Part shown: positions 1 through 12,611 of the stretch, one piece after another
Position numbering within the stretch: position 1 is the first letter of the stretch
Layout: each line of letters starts with the position of its first letter
DNA from: Lama glama
Taxonomy: Eukaryota
NCBI GenBank assembly: GCA_028534125.1
Contig: CM052832.1
Span: forward strand, 10,728,001 to 10,792,000
Reading direction: 5' to 3'
Length of the DNA: 64,000 nt
The notes under the pieces: generated by a model
Database searches by the model: none
Seen by the model: the letters and a program-made list of their open reading frames with translations, nothing else
What the model was told of the DNA's origin: nothing
Position numbers and translations under genes: made by a program

Positions 1-964
1 CATAGTTCTTCAGAGCTCTACCTTTGATTAGGTAGTTTTGAGGCAAATCACCAATCCTCTTTGGACCTCTGTTTTCCCTTCTGTAGCCCATCCCATAGGC
101 AGCAGCCTCTCCAGGGGTGGGGGTGCCATCAACCTGGGATCCACAGGGAATGGTGTCCCTAGAAGGTGCAACAGGGCAGAAGGGGCCATGAGAGGGAGGA
201 CAGAAAAAGAGACGTGAAGCCACTTTTTTAAAAAGCAGCTCTGAGGAGGCCTTAGTCTTAGCACTTGGGGATGGGATCAGGGACCCCTCGCTCAGTCTCA
301 CTACCCCCATCCGTACACGTGCCATCAGATCTTCCCCTGAAACTGTTGCCAGTGCTGATAATACCCTTTGTTGGCACAACCTACAGACTCTCTGTGCGCC
401 CTGTCTGTGCACACCCTTGCCCCACTGGCGACACTCCACCAGCCCCGGGGCCCGGGACCCCTCTCTGTCCATCCCCTCCCTGAGCCCCCTGCACACAGCT
501 CAGCTTCATGCAGGAGCATCCGCAGTACTGAGCAGAATCCCCAAGTCCACCCTCCTCCACTTTCCCTCTGGGGACCCCGCTGGGCTCACGACCTGGTCTC
601 TGTTGCCTGCAATGCTCTTTCTGCCAACTCAGAGCAGAACAGTGACAGCAATCAGTCAAATGCAGTGTCAAGTTCTCAGAGCTGGTGCTGGGATCTCCAG
701 CCCAGCCCAGATGCCGACTTCTGGCACACTCTGGGGGCTACACCGACCTCTGGCGGCTCCACCTCCGTGTATGGGGTGCACGTGGCTGTCCACTCATGCA
801 ACTCCAGCCTCCAGCACCCGTGAGAGTGAGCGCAGCCGGGGCTGTCTCCACTACCCGCCATCCAGCCTCGGTGGTGGACGTGATGCGATACTCAGCTTCC
901 TCAAAGACCCAGAAGAGCACAGGGTCTTCTCTCACCATCTTCTCTGCTTAAGGAGCATAAAGAA

Positions 965-1375
965 TGCAGAGTGGGCTGAATAGTGGCCCCTGAACGATAA
1001 GTCCACCCGGAACCTCAGAGTGTGACCTTATTTGGAATAAGGATCTTGGGATGGAATCATCCTGGACTAAAGTGGGCCCTAATCCGTGACGGGTGTCCTC
1101 ACAAGAGGCAGAAAGGCGTCATTTTCCCCAGGCCTCATAAGACACCAAAGAGGCCCAGAGAAGCCCTCCCCGTGAAGACGATGCAGAAGTCTGAGGGGTG
1201 CAGCCAAGGATTTTGAGGAGCCCCTAGAAGCTGCAAGAGACAGTGTAGGCTTCTTCCCAAGAGCCTTCAGAGGGTTTTCAGACTTCTGGCCTCCGGAACT
1301 CTGAGAGGGTACATTTCTGCTTTCAGCCCCCCAGTTTGTGGCAACGTGTTACAGCCGCCCCAGGAAACTGCTACA
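965..1375 (+). mobile_element. MaLR solo LTR (MLT1A-D-like)
   Basis: Start TG...GGGCTGAATAGTGGCCCC, internal GTGACCTTATTTGGAATAAGG and GACTTCTGGCCTCC, end GGAAACTGCTACA. Confidence 0.85.
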
Positions 1376-1584
1376 GAATAATGACTCGATTTACCTACAC
1401 ATGCCCTGCTCTCCCTTTCCAGTCTCCCTCACTGCACCTAAGCCATCCCACTGGCCTGCCTGAAGCCCCCATGTCTAAATTACCAACAACCATAAGACCA
1501 CCTTGCATGTATTGAGTGCCTGCTGTGTGCCGGGGAGGATCTGGGGCTTTGCATCCCAGGAGCGAGAAAAGCCTATGTGAGAGG

Positions 1585-1800
1585 CAGTGCATGATAGTGA
1601 TCAAGGCCACGGTGGATCCAGGCAGCCCCTTTCTAGTCATATATCCCTGGGCAGGTGATGTAAACACTCGGTGCCTCAGTTTCTTCATCAGTAAAATGGG
1701 GGTGGTAACAGCAATGCCCACCTTCAGAGTGGTCAGGAGGAGTAAATGAATTAGCCCATATATCGCCCTTGGAACCACACCTGGGACTCAGCAAGTGTTG
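1585..1800 (+). mobile_element. MIR SINE
   Basis: Core GTGCCTCAGTTTCTTCATCAGTAAAATGGGG. Many other MIR fragments occur, e.g. near 10700, 13800, 21400, 23300, 45800, 56750, 63400 and 63790. Confidence 0.8.
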
Positions 1801-4800
1801 GCCGCTGCGTGTCATTTCCCCATGGCTCAGGCGAGGAAATGGAGGCCCAGGTGGGTTATGTCGCTTTCCTGACACAGCTAGCAGATGGCCGTTTAATCTC
1901 AGGTTTTTCTGACTTTGAAGCAGAGGCACTTTCTAGTCTGACACACTGTCTCCTTTTCGGAGTTTCCTGGAGACTTGACATTTAAGCTGCTGTCACCTGA
2001 GGTGCTTCACAGGACAGCTTGTCGAGGGGTGGCAGCTGGAGGCTGCTTGTTAGTTCATAACCGTCACTCCTGGCCATCACCTGGCAGAGAGCGGAGCTCT
2101 GGAGCTGGGCTGGGCCCAGGAAGTCACCTCTGCTGAGAGGAAGAAGGTAGAGGAGGGACCAGAGGCATGGAACAGGGAAGATGAGGTGTGAGGTGGCCCT
2201 GAGAGGAAGGGAGAGAGCCAGACTCAGAGGGGCAGGGATGGGCCAGGTGAGTATTGTGTCCCTCTGATGGCACAGCATCTCACCCAATCAGACCCATTTC
2301 CATAACAGCCTGAGAAACAGGTGCTTGAGAAACTGCTGGGGGAACACAGCCCAGAGTGGATGAAGGATGTGAACACCAGGGCAGAAAGAGACAGGAGATT
2401 CCAGGCCAAGGAGAATAAGAGCTGCGGAAAGTTGAGAGCCAACGAAAATGAGGTCTGGGCAATGAGTGAGTGACATGGTTCTTGCCTGCCAGCTGCCAGG
2501 ATAGCTGAAGGTGGGGTCACAGGCACAGGCAGACGAGAGGCTGAGGAGGAGAATGCGACATAGTTGTCTCAAGGGATGCTCGGAGTCATGACACGTCCAG
2601 GGGTCTCCATGGGATCTCCTTGGAAACACAGGGTGCAGTTTCTCAAGTGATTTATACCAACATCAGCAGCTGGAGGAGGGAGGTGTGCCTGGCTCAGGCT
2701 TTCCGAGAAACAGGGCTGCGGGTTCACAGCGGGTAGATCTGGGAGCTCTATGGGGACGGACGGGGTGTTCAGCAGACGGACGCTCTGAGGGTGACCCTGC
2801 CACTCCTGGTCCTCAGCCTCATCTGTAGAGAGAGAGGCTGGCTCAGGTGGCTCTGCTGTTATCGGCAGCTCTGATGTTCCAGGTGGTGTTGTAGGTGCAC
2901 CCCCACCCCGTCCTGTCTCTTGCCCTCGGGTTCCGCCCCCATCCCGGTGCTCCCTGAAGTGGGGCCCTGGCCTGGCGGCTGCATGTCTCCACTGAGCAGT
3001 CAGAGCAACAGGAGGTGATGTGGGGACAGGAAAGGGGAGGCTGCAGGTGCTGAGACTGGGGAGATGGAATGGGTGGGGGGTCACCACAGGCTGCTCGGTC
3101 TTCCAAATTTCTCTCTCTCTCTCCCTCTCTCGGGGAATTCCTCTGAGAGCAGACAGGGAACAGCCTCTTAAATCCTTCGTTAAGTGGAAAGCACCTGGCA
3201 TCTCTTCCCCGTTGGTTTCTGTTGCACGGGGGGTGGGGAGGAGGGGCACAGCCACGCCGTGATTGCCCCTTCCCCGGCCAGCGGCCTTGGGGGACCGAGC
3301 CAGCAGGGGCAGGGAAGTCCTAGGTGGGGGTCCACAGGGAAACTGGGGCATGTGGCAGGTGAGGACACTGAGGTCCAGACACATGCTTCAGGTGCCAGAG
3401 GGCCCACTGTCACCCAATGTGATTGTCTAGAGAGAAAACTCTGCCAGTGAGAATTCAAATGGAAGGGGCTGAGTCTGAGGCTGCAAGTCTGTCCCTCTGC
3501 CCTAGGCAGGTGGACACTGGCTGGCATGGACCCAGCTACAAGGATGACCAACTCCCAGCGTTAATCAGAGGGAGAAGTGAAGGGACAGTTTACAGAAGTG
3601 AGGGCAGCGCAGCAGGACACCCCAGAGCTGGTGCACTGGGCACTACAAGGCGAGAAACAGTCACCACCCCTGGGGCCCACAGAGCAAGGGGAGGAAGCAG
3701 AGGCACCACTGAGCGCTGCAGCCGGAGAGAGGGACCGTCCCATAAGAGTTATAGCCAAGGGACACAGCCACCGCCAGCACGGCCACGAAGCAGGTGCGCT
3801 GGCAGGGTCAGTGCGAGAAATACCCTGACCTCACTCTCCAGTCTCCTGTTGGTGCCCCCCAACCCGTGACCAAACCCAAGAAAGCCAGAGGGAGGGGAAG
3901 CCTGAGAGACGCAGCTGGTAGGGGGTGGACCCCAGGGGTCGAAGCAAGGAAGGGAATGGATGGGAGAGGAGGTGGATTCATGGAGGCAACTTGCAGCCCT
4001 GGGTTTTCGGTCTCTGGAATTAATTATTCCCCAAGCGAAGAGCTGTCAGCTCTGGGAGACCAGCCACTCAGAGCCACCCGACACCACTTAGCAGCGTCCA
4101 CAGCTTCTGCACAGCACCCCGGGCCTGCGGCCTGGTCAGCCCGGAAATGGAGCCCCTCTCTGCTCCTCAGCACTTTGTTAGAATTGTTTCCACTTCGTAG
4201 TTCTTTCCTCTTTGGACTTCAGGTGCCCAGACCTGGTTGAGTCTCATGCCTCACTGGTTTTATATGACCCACTTTTATTTGGATATTTAGTTAGTTTTCT
4301 TGAGAATGGGAAGTATGCACTAACTCACCACCCAACAAACAGCTTGACTATAACCTACATCTGCGCTCAGTCCCCCATCCCACACCCTCACCTCCCCCAA
4401 ATCTGAATCCTCCCCCATCACTCTGAATCCTGGCCACTTCCCTTTACTTGCCTTTCTATGTGGTTTTATTGCATGCTGTTTGCATCATGCTTCTTTTCTT
4501 AAATTATGACTATTTCAAGTATACAAAAGAGTGTAAAAAACAGTGTATTGATACCTTCATTCTGTGTGTCAAATATAGCCAATAATTGTTGAGTACTAGC
4601 TTTGGGGCTGAACTCTGTGCTGGACACAGGTCACGGACATGGCCAAGGCAAGCCCTCCAGCCAGCGAGGTTAGAACATGTAAACAATGTTATGGGCCTCC
4701 GGGTGGTTGGGGCAGGGAGGAAGGGCAGTGTGGGGGAGGGGATGGGAATTTCTGGAAGGCAGAGGCCAGATTAAAAGAGGTTCATCTCTGAAGCCCCACT

Positions 4801-5059
4801 GCCTGGCTGAGAGCTGGTGCTCAGTAGATGTTGATAGAATTAAGAACAGGAGGGGTTTGGGAAAAGATGCAAAACCTCCCATTCTAGGTCAGCAGGAAAA
4901 GTCATGAGCAAGACTTGGGGTTGGATGGGTAGAGGGGTTTGCAAGGCAGCCCCACCCCACTTCCAATTCAGGGGATTCATTCTCTAATGAGCCCAGTATA
5001 TCCCTTTCCACATTATGACACTTGCACTGGCTTGTGACAGACTCTGTAAACGTGTTCTG

Positions 5060-5440
5060 ATCCTCTCACTAGAAGTTCCCGTAGGCCAGGGCTTGGGGAT
5101 CTGAGGTCAGGGGCTGAGTGTCCTGCATCGGGTTTGGAGATTCCTGAAGCAGAGGCTGTCCACCCCATGAGACTGGGGCCACCTGCAGCAGGGACTAGGT
5201 CTCTTCCATCGGGATGGGCGATACCATAAGTTATTTCTGTTTCCCCTATGAGACTGGGGCATCCTAAGGTTCAGGTGTTTTTCACCTGATAGATCTTCCT
5301 GAAATCAGAGGTGGTTCTCCTCCTTTGACTGGGAAGTCCCTGAAGACCCAGGCTGTATCTCCCCCATCAAACTGGGACATCCATGGGGCTGGGGAGGCTT
5401 TTTTCCCATCAGAAGCTCCTGCAGTCAGAGCTGTCTCCTT
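5060..5440 (+). repeat. Degenerate tandem array of about 9 units of ~35-42 bp
   Basis: Recurring TCYCCCCATSAGACTGGG...CCTGA.G.CAG.G.CTG units, e.g. CCCCATGAGACTGGGGC, CCCTATGAGACTGGGGC, CCCCATCAAACTGGGAC. Confidence 0.65.
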
Positions 5441-7129
5441 GCCACTGCAGAGAGACAAGGCATACTTTCCCTATGTGCTTCCGGAGAGCAGAGATGGCCC
5501 CCTGCCTCCATACTTACAATGTCCTTGATCAGTGCCAGACCTCTCTGAGACATCCTTGTTTTCTTACCTCCCAGCCTGGAGATAACTCGCCTGAAGAATC
5601 CCTGTTGCATCATATGGACTTTGCCAGGAGTCACTTACCATGTCCCCCAGACACTGTGTCTCTAGGTCTGAGCTGCTGAGACCTGAGCATGGCCAGACTG
5701 CGAGGGGGCATGGTTGCAGGAGGAGGGGATGTCATGTCGTATAATCTAGGCATTGGCTTCAGCTCAGAGCCTGCTACAATGTCTGCAGGCTGAGTCCAGC
5801 CTCTCGGGACACAGGCAGCTGGGCAGATGGGATCTGGAGGAAGCCCTTCCCCTTGGCTCACCAAATGATATCAAAGAAAGGACATACGGGACCTAGGAGT
5901 GGGGCAGATGGGAAGGGGAGAGAGCCTCATTTTTGGACAACACACACCATCATCATCATCATCATCATCTCGTTCAAATTTCCGAATACTGAGATAAGTA
6001 AAACACATGTCCTCTTCATTTTGCAGATGAGAAAATTAAGGTGGAGAGAGGAGAAGCTTGCCTGGGGTGATCTGAGTAGGGGTAGAGAAGCAGAAGTGGG
6101 TCAGAGTTCTACCTGTAAACCTCATGCTGTGTCCAGCCCAAGACACTGTGACTTGCCCTCCAGAAGGAGCAATTCTGGCAGATTCTTGAGTGGGGTCCTC
6201 TCCTTTCTGTCCACATCACCTCCTGGTGAAGACAGCCACTCATCCAGGAGTGGATTTGTGGCCAATGGTTATCTTTAAGATGGGTGCCCCCCCCCACTAT
6301 ATCAGGGTCTCCTTAAAGACAGGGCTGAGTCTCTTCACTCAGACCGGGAGCTCTCCAAGGCCAAGCTCTGTCTCCCACTCTGGGCCGTCCCCCAGAGGAG
6401 GCAGTATTTGTGCTGGGAAGACCTTTGCTTAGTGCATTTATAGGTTCTTCCACTTTTCCCTCTTTGGCTCTGCTGCCTGCTCCCTGGGGTGGTCCGGTCA
6501 TCTTGTCTTAAGGCCATAAAACTCCAAACTTCAGATCTGAATGGGCCTGCAAAGGTCATCCCATTTATTATATCTCCTGGATCCTCTGCAGAGAACATCC
6601 CTCTATCCCACACTCAAAAGAAGTGCTTGGTGGGAAAGAGAGACGGTGCTAACGTCTGACTGCTGCACCACTTCCTTCTTTCCGCCCACTGGCGGGGCCT
6701 TTACAGCATCGCGCCTCACCACCACCACCCTTTTCTCCCAGCTGCTCTCCTTCCCCATCCTTTTCGTCTCCGGGTTAAAGCCTCCTATTTCCTATGGGCA
6801 TCTTTATGAGGGAAGCAGGGGGCAGGTTGGCTGTCACTGCCACCCTTCTTTGGGCCCACTTTTGAGCCCACTGCTGCTCCACCTGCCCTCCCTCCCCTCT
6901 GTTCCATCCCATCCAGCCTGCCTCTCCCTTTGAGCCACTTCTAGGCTTCCCCTCACCCCAGGTAACTGGAGGGGGTGCAGTATCTCTTGAGTCTCCAAAT
7001 TCCCATAGATTTGATCATCTTGGGAACTTAACTGCCCCGAAGTTCCTGAAGCTGTCAGGTATAAGATCTGGGTCAAATCCTGTGTTGGGAGAGCCCAGTC
7101 CTTTTTGGTCAAGTATCACTCTATTCCCT

Positions 7130-7251
7130 CCATCTTATGCTGGCTCTAGAAGCAAACTCACCTCTTGGTCCAAGATGGCCAGAGCAACTCCAGCCATCAC
7201 ATTCCTCATTCCAGGCAGCAGGAAGGAGAAGAGGGAAAGGCCCAAACCTTC
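7130..7251 (-). mobile_element. Old MLT1 (J/K-like) LTR, left part, interrupted by MER21
   Basis: CAAGATGGCC...CTCCAGCCATCACATTC...TTCCAGGCAGCAGGAAGG is typical of MLT1J/K. Confidence 0.7.
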
Positions 7252-8022
7252 TACGATTCTGACGCTAATTCTGCTGTGTGCTTTTCCCCCGGTACCACCA
7301 AGTATTTCCAACACCAGCTGTGTGTCCTACAGGTCAACTCAATTCTGACACCATCTAACTGGAGACAGTGTCAGATCCCACAGGTTAAGGGCCCAGTCCC
7401 ACAAGATCGTCCCCCACTTCAGGAGCCAGTTGCAAGTCCAGTTTGTCTCCTGTGCTTCTGACCAGCTGGCTATAGATCAGAGGTTTCCATGACCCTCTCC
7501 TTGGGTTTGATTAAATTGCTAGAGCAGCTCACTGAACTCAGGGAACCATTTTACTTACAATCTCACCCATTTGTTATAAAAAGATATAACTCAGGAACAG
7601 CCAGTTGGAAGAGACGCCCAGGGCAAGCTGTGTAGGAAGGGGCAGAGCTGCCTTGCCCTGTCCAGGTGAGCCACGCTCCCAGCACTTCCAGGTGTTCACC
7701 AACCTGGAAGTTGTCCAAATGCTTTTTATGGTGGCTTCATCGCAGACGCATGATTGATTGATCTTTGGCTACTGGTGATTGATTCAGCTTCTCACCCCTC
7801 CCAAGAGGTCAGAAGGGTGGGACTGAGAGTTCTAATCCTCTAATGAGGTGGTAGTCTCCCCTAGCAACAAGCCCCCATCCTTAGGTGTTTTCCAAAAGTC
7901 ACCATTAACATAGCAAAAGACACCTTTATGGTGCTCATCACAGGATGTTAGAAAGGTTTTTAAGAGCTCTGTGCCAGGACTAGAATGAAGACCAACTTAT
8001 ATTCTAAAAAGAGTTTATCACA
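7252..8022 (-). mobile_element. MER21-like ERV solo LTR with 5-bp TSD CCTTC
   Basis: CAATTCTGACACC...CCCACAGGTTAAGGGCCCAGTCCCACAAGA...TTGCTAGAGCAGCTCACTGAACTCAGG, ending TATCACA. CCTTC at 7247-7251 and 8023-8027. Confidence 0.85.
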
Positions 8023-8150
8023 CCTTCCTGTAAGGATACTTCTGCCACGTACGCCTCATTGGCCAGAACTTAGTCGTGGCCACACCTAGTTGTGAGAAGG
8101 GCTGGGAAATGTTGTCTTCTTTCTGGAAGCCATATGCCCAGCCACAAAGA
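8023..8150 (-). mobile_element. Old MLT1 (J/K-like) LTR, right part
   Basis: CTCATTGGCCAGAACTTAGTCGTGGCCACACCTAGTTGTGAGAAGGGCTGGGAAATGT continues the element begun at ~7130. Confidence 0.7.
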
Positions 8151-9229
8151 AGGGTACAGTGGACACTGGAGGTGACTGGCCATGATGAGGTCATGGTGGA
8201 TGTGTGCATTGTGGCCAGACCAGTCGGGCTTCCATCCTTTGTTACTTTGGGCGTGTCCTCTGAATCTTGGTGCCTGCATCCATAAACAGACACGTGAGAT
8301 TCTTGTGAGGGTTTGATGAAATAACGGACACAAAAGACTTTATAAACTGTCACGAGCTGTCAGTTGTGAAGTCTCCCTATTCTTGTATTCCTTTGGCCCC
8401 ACCAATAAGTCAGAATTGCTTTATGAGGGCTACATGAGAGATACGGATGCAGAGATGCCTAGATGCCAGTGAAAAAGCTTGGGATGGAAGAGAGAAGAGA
8501 GGAATGTGTTGGCAGGTTTTCTTCCAGACACAGAGGTTTTGGGGCAGGAAGGATGTGAATCAAGTAATGAGGGCACCTGTGGGGTGTCCTGGGATGGAGT
8601 CCGCGTATCTCTGGAGGAGACATCTTCAGCCAAAGCCCAGCAATTGTACCTGGAATTGGGCAAGAGAGTAAGAGGGTTGGAGAACTTCCTTCGTAATCCA
8701 CACACTCCTGCCAGCCATCTCCCGGGTCTCCTCCATCCGTCTGAGCCCAGCAATGCTTCCGTCCTTGGACCAAGCCAAGGTGAAGATTCCTTGCTTAGGC
8801 TCTGTTTTTCTCTTCATTGACAGATGAAATCACTTCTTGGTTTAGTCGAGGTGCCCTTAGTTCCTTGTGGTAATTATTGCTCTATCAGTAAACGGAAAGG
8901 TTTTAATTTCACAAGGGTGCGTGCAAATCGTGCATTTTGCATTTGCTCGGCCTTAATCAATACTGTAACAGAATTACGAGGTCCCAGCAAGCCTCGTGAT
9001 CTTACCTAAGCTGATAAAAAATGAGTCTACCTAACTACAAACAAGACCTTAGCTAATGCACTTGTCGATAACTGGTGACCACATTTTTCTGTCTTGTATC
9101 AAATTTTCTCTAGTTTATTCAGGTATTGACTAAAACTATGTGTTCTTTAGAGACAGGAGCAGTCTATCGTTGCTACCACATTTTAAGGTTTTATGTCATC
9201 TTCTTTCATGTCACTCTAATTACATTCAA

Positions 9230-9470
9230 ATTCACCCTCAAGCCCAGCCATCAGTTACCTCCACCCTCTCTTTCCCTTTATTTTTCCTCAGCACTTACCA
9301 CCTTCTGTTATGCTCTTTATTTTATTTGTTTATCTCATTTATTCTCTGTCTTCCCAAACTAGAACGCAGCGATTTGTTGTTGGTGTTTTTGTTTTGTCTC
9401 ATTTATCCACTGCTGTGTTCTCAGAGCCTAGAACAGTGCTTGGCACGTGGTAGAAACTCAATGACTTATT
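9230..9470 (+). mobile_element. L2 LINE 3' end
   Basis: CAGAGCCTAGAACAGTGCTTGGCACGTGGTAGAAACTCAATG terminal motif. Confidence 0.7.
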
Positions 9471-11647
9471 TGCCACTAGAAGGCGTGAAGTCCTGGTACA
9501 GCTGTTGTATGCTCAGTGAGCGTAATTTCTAACGTCACGTTTGGTTCTAAAATTCTGTATTTCCAGATGCTTGGTATATGGCGTGTGCTCGCCTGGCTGC
9601 TTGATTAAATAAACGGACGAATCAAACGTTACATTACAATGACGGAAAATAATGTCGTGTTCCATCCAATAGCCTCCCCGTCCCCCGCTTTGCTGTTCCA
9701 CAGACCCAGCTGGCCAGAAGGAAGGAGGCATGGAGAACAAGCATATATTCTCTGCCCTTATCTCTTCAGCACACGGCCAATTTTTAAAACAGCATTTAAT
9801 GACCATTGCATAAAGATGTCACTGCGTCAGTGCTGTCCCCAAGCAGCTGAGAGACTGTGTAGCCCCCGTGTCTTTCTGTGACATCCCTCCCAGGGACCGC
9901 AGAGGGGGCTTCTTGGCCCAGCTCACCTACTTCATTTGTAACCGAACTCCCAGGATAGGGTATTCTGCTAAATACACCCTTATCGGCCTCTCCTATGGTA
10001 ATGCTCTTGCTACACAAGCCAGACAATTAGAGGTAATTGGGATAATCAGCATTTATTATGGCAATTTGCATTTCTACAGCAAGCGGTAGAGAATTTACCA
10101 CCCGGCTCTGTGCTTTTTGGATCCGCCAGTTCTTCATTCTGAAGCGCTTTTTAGAGCCGGCAGGATTTGTCCCTCCTTGGCTCACATGATGTCCTTAGGG
10201 CTGCGGTAGGTGTGAATCTCACCAGCCAATCAAAGGGGAGCATGCAAATTAGGGCCTGGGAATTAGAGAGGCCTCACTTCCTTCATCTGGGGCCCGGGGA
10301 AGAATCTACTGCCTGGAAGGAGCCCTGGGTCTGTGGCCAGACCCCTGGTAACGGATTTTTTCGCTACCTTGACCAGATGTTTGACTTAATTGACAGATTT
10401 GTTTTGCTGTCTCAGCGGAGTAACTCAAAGCTCAAGCCTGCTGTTAGTAGGAGCCTCAGCAAGGGAGGCCCTGCGTGGGCTCCGCACTCCAGAGCCCAAG
10501 GGGCTTCTGAACACAGAGGTGCCTGCTCCTGGCTGCGGCCACCTTCTGTGGTATGGACACGTCCCTTGTGCCTGGCTTCGTGGGCACCGCTTGTCCTTTT
10601 CATGAACAAGGGCGGCGTTGTGCAGCGATCATAACTGTCAGGTCTCCACTGCAGCTTCCTGGGTTGGCATCTCTTCTCCACCAGGCGCTAGCTAGGGGAC
10701 CATGAGTTACTTAACCTCTTGGAGCTGCATCAGCCTCATCCTTAAAGTGGAGGTAAGAATAGTACCTGAATCGAGGGTTGACATAGGAATCAAGTGAGAT
10801 CACGTATATGAGTCCCCTCGCAGCATGCAGGAGAAAGATGTTACACGTTCTCATTAAAAGGCCCGCTCTCCAGCCACTCCGCGAGCCTTCATTATGCATC
10901 TTCACCAACCCATTTACAAGGTACAAGGTTCCAAGTGTCCCCAAGGAAGCACAGAAATATGTGCTTTAGCAGATTGGACAAGGGGGTGATTGATCTGGTG
11001 TGGACAACATGCAGGTTTTTCAAGGGAAAGAGGTGGCATTTGTTCTCAGTCTTGAAAGACTAAGGGCCTGAAGAGATGAGATGGAGGCCATTAAGGAAGC
11101 AGAACAGGGTAGGGTGTGCATGAAGAGAAGTTCACGGCAAAGGGCACATGTCTGTATCTGTACCTGAAATATTTGTTTTCGTAAGAAGACAGCGTTTTCC
11201 ATTTTACTGCAATTTATAAGGGAATTACACATTGCATGCAGCCTCCCTCAGCCTCTTAACTCTGTTCTGTCACCGCCTGGGCAGGAAGACCAGGGGGACC
11301 TGTCATCCCCTTCCACGGCAGCTCCTCTGGTCTAAGACTTTACTCCTGTGATGGTCCCATCATAGACTTTGTCCACTTTGTTGAGAACGTGGCGGCCAAC
11401 CTGGACAATTTCCTGGGGTTACTGGGGAAAGTAAGGAGTGTTAGATGGTGGGGGCAACAGATTTCTAGACCCTTCAGGGCCCACAGCCTACCCGCCTCGG
11501 AGAAGGGCCTGGCTTTCCTTCTTAGGGAAGGCAGAGGTCTTTAGCTAGTCTCACAAACAAGAAAGATTGCTTTTGGTCCTACGGGGTCTTAGAAATCATG
11601 TGTGAAATAAACTAAAACATTTGCTGCAGCCTCTTTTTATCCAGCCT

Positions 11648-12070
11648 ATCAGTTAGGATAAAGGTGAAGTTGCTATAGCAGAGAGTCCCAGCAGAGTGGC
11701 TTAAATAAGATGAAAGTGTGTTTTACTCTCACATAACAGGCTAGCTGGCTCAGGCTGGTGGGGCTGCTGTGATTGACAAAGTCATTCAGACCTGGGTTCC
11801 TTCCATCTTGTGGCTTGACTCTCCTTGTGCATCGTGCCCAGCTGCATGCTTGGATCTGTGTGGCTGGCACATTCGCTTTCCAGCACGTGGGAACTGGAAA
11901 GAGAAGCTGAGCGTGAAGTCTTTTCTTTAGAGCAAGGGATGCAGAAGATGCACTCATCACTCCTGCACATCTTCCTCTGGAACACACAAGACCACGTGGC
12001 CACGCACAACTCTGTGAGGTGCTGGGAAATAGCCTTTGGTTGCACCTTGTGTCCAGTGGAGCCCTGGGGG
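11648..12070 (-). mobile_element. MLT1-family LTR
   Basis: CAGAGTGGCTTAAATAAGATGAAAGTG, CCTTCCATCTTGTGGCT, GTGGCCACGCACAACTCTGTGAGGTGCTGGGAAATAG. Confidence 0.7.
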
Positions 12071-12611
12071 AAAGATGGGGTCTGTTAGTGTAAGAATTGG
12101 GGTACTTGGCATCTCTGCTCTATCTGACTATTGAGGAACTAGAGGGAGCTGAGGGTTTTGTCTTGTTGTTCTGGACCATCACCTCCCACTGGAGCCAGGA
12201 CTGAGAACCCAATTATGCAGATTGCAGTGGACAGCTCTGGGCTGAGCACTAAAAGGAACGTGCGTTGCTGTTTTCTCAGCTGTTTGGGCTTTTGCTGCTC
12301 TCAAGCATCACCTCATTTCATGAGAATGTCCACCTCCCAGCTCTCCCTGCCTCATGTGGGAGGGCCTCTTGCACGAGGGCCATCCTTGTTGACATGTAGG
12401 GATAGTACTGTCGACAAGACCCCCATTCTGGTGAGCCACCCGTTCTCTGATCTAATCTGACAGGGATTCATGTTTGCAAAGCTGGTGTCTGTGGCTTCAC
12501 CTGTTCCTGGGATGAAGGCTTCACCTGTGGCTACCCTGGGATGAAGGCTGGCAGGTTTTCTCCACATTATGAAAGAGAAGACAGGCTCAGTGAAGTTAAG
12601 TGATGCATTAG

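Noticed and set aside
2569..3384. 271-aa minus-strand ORF and similar ORFs in GC-rich intron
   Set aside because: Low-complexity translation running through a (CT)n tract, with no domain or codon bias. Expected by chance at this GC content.
12493..12549. Short tandem duplication GGCTTCACCTGT...CCTGGGATGAA
   Set aside because: Two imperfect copies from slippage, with no sign of function.
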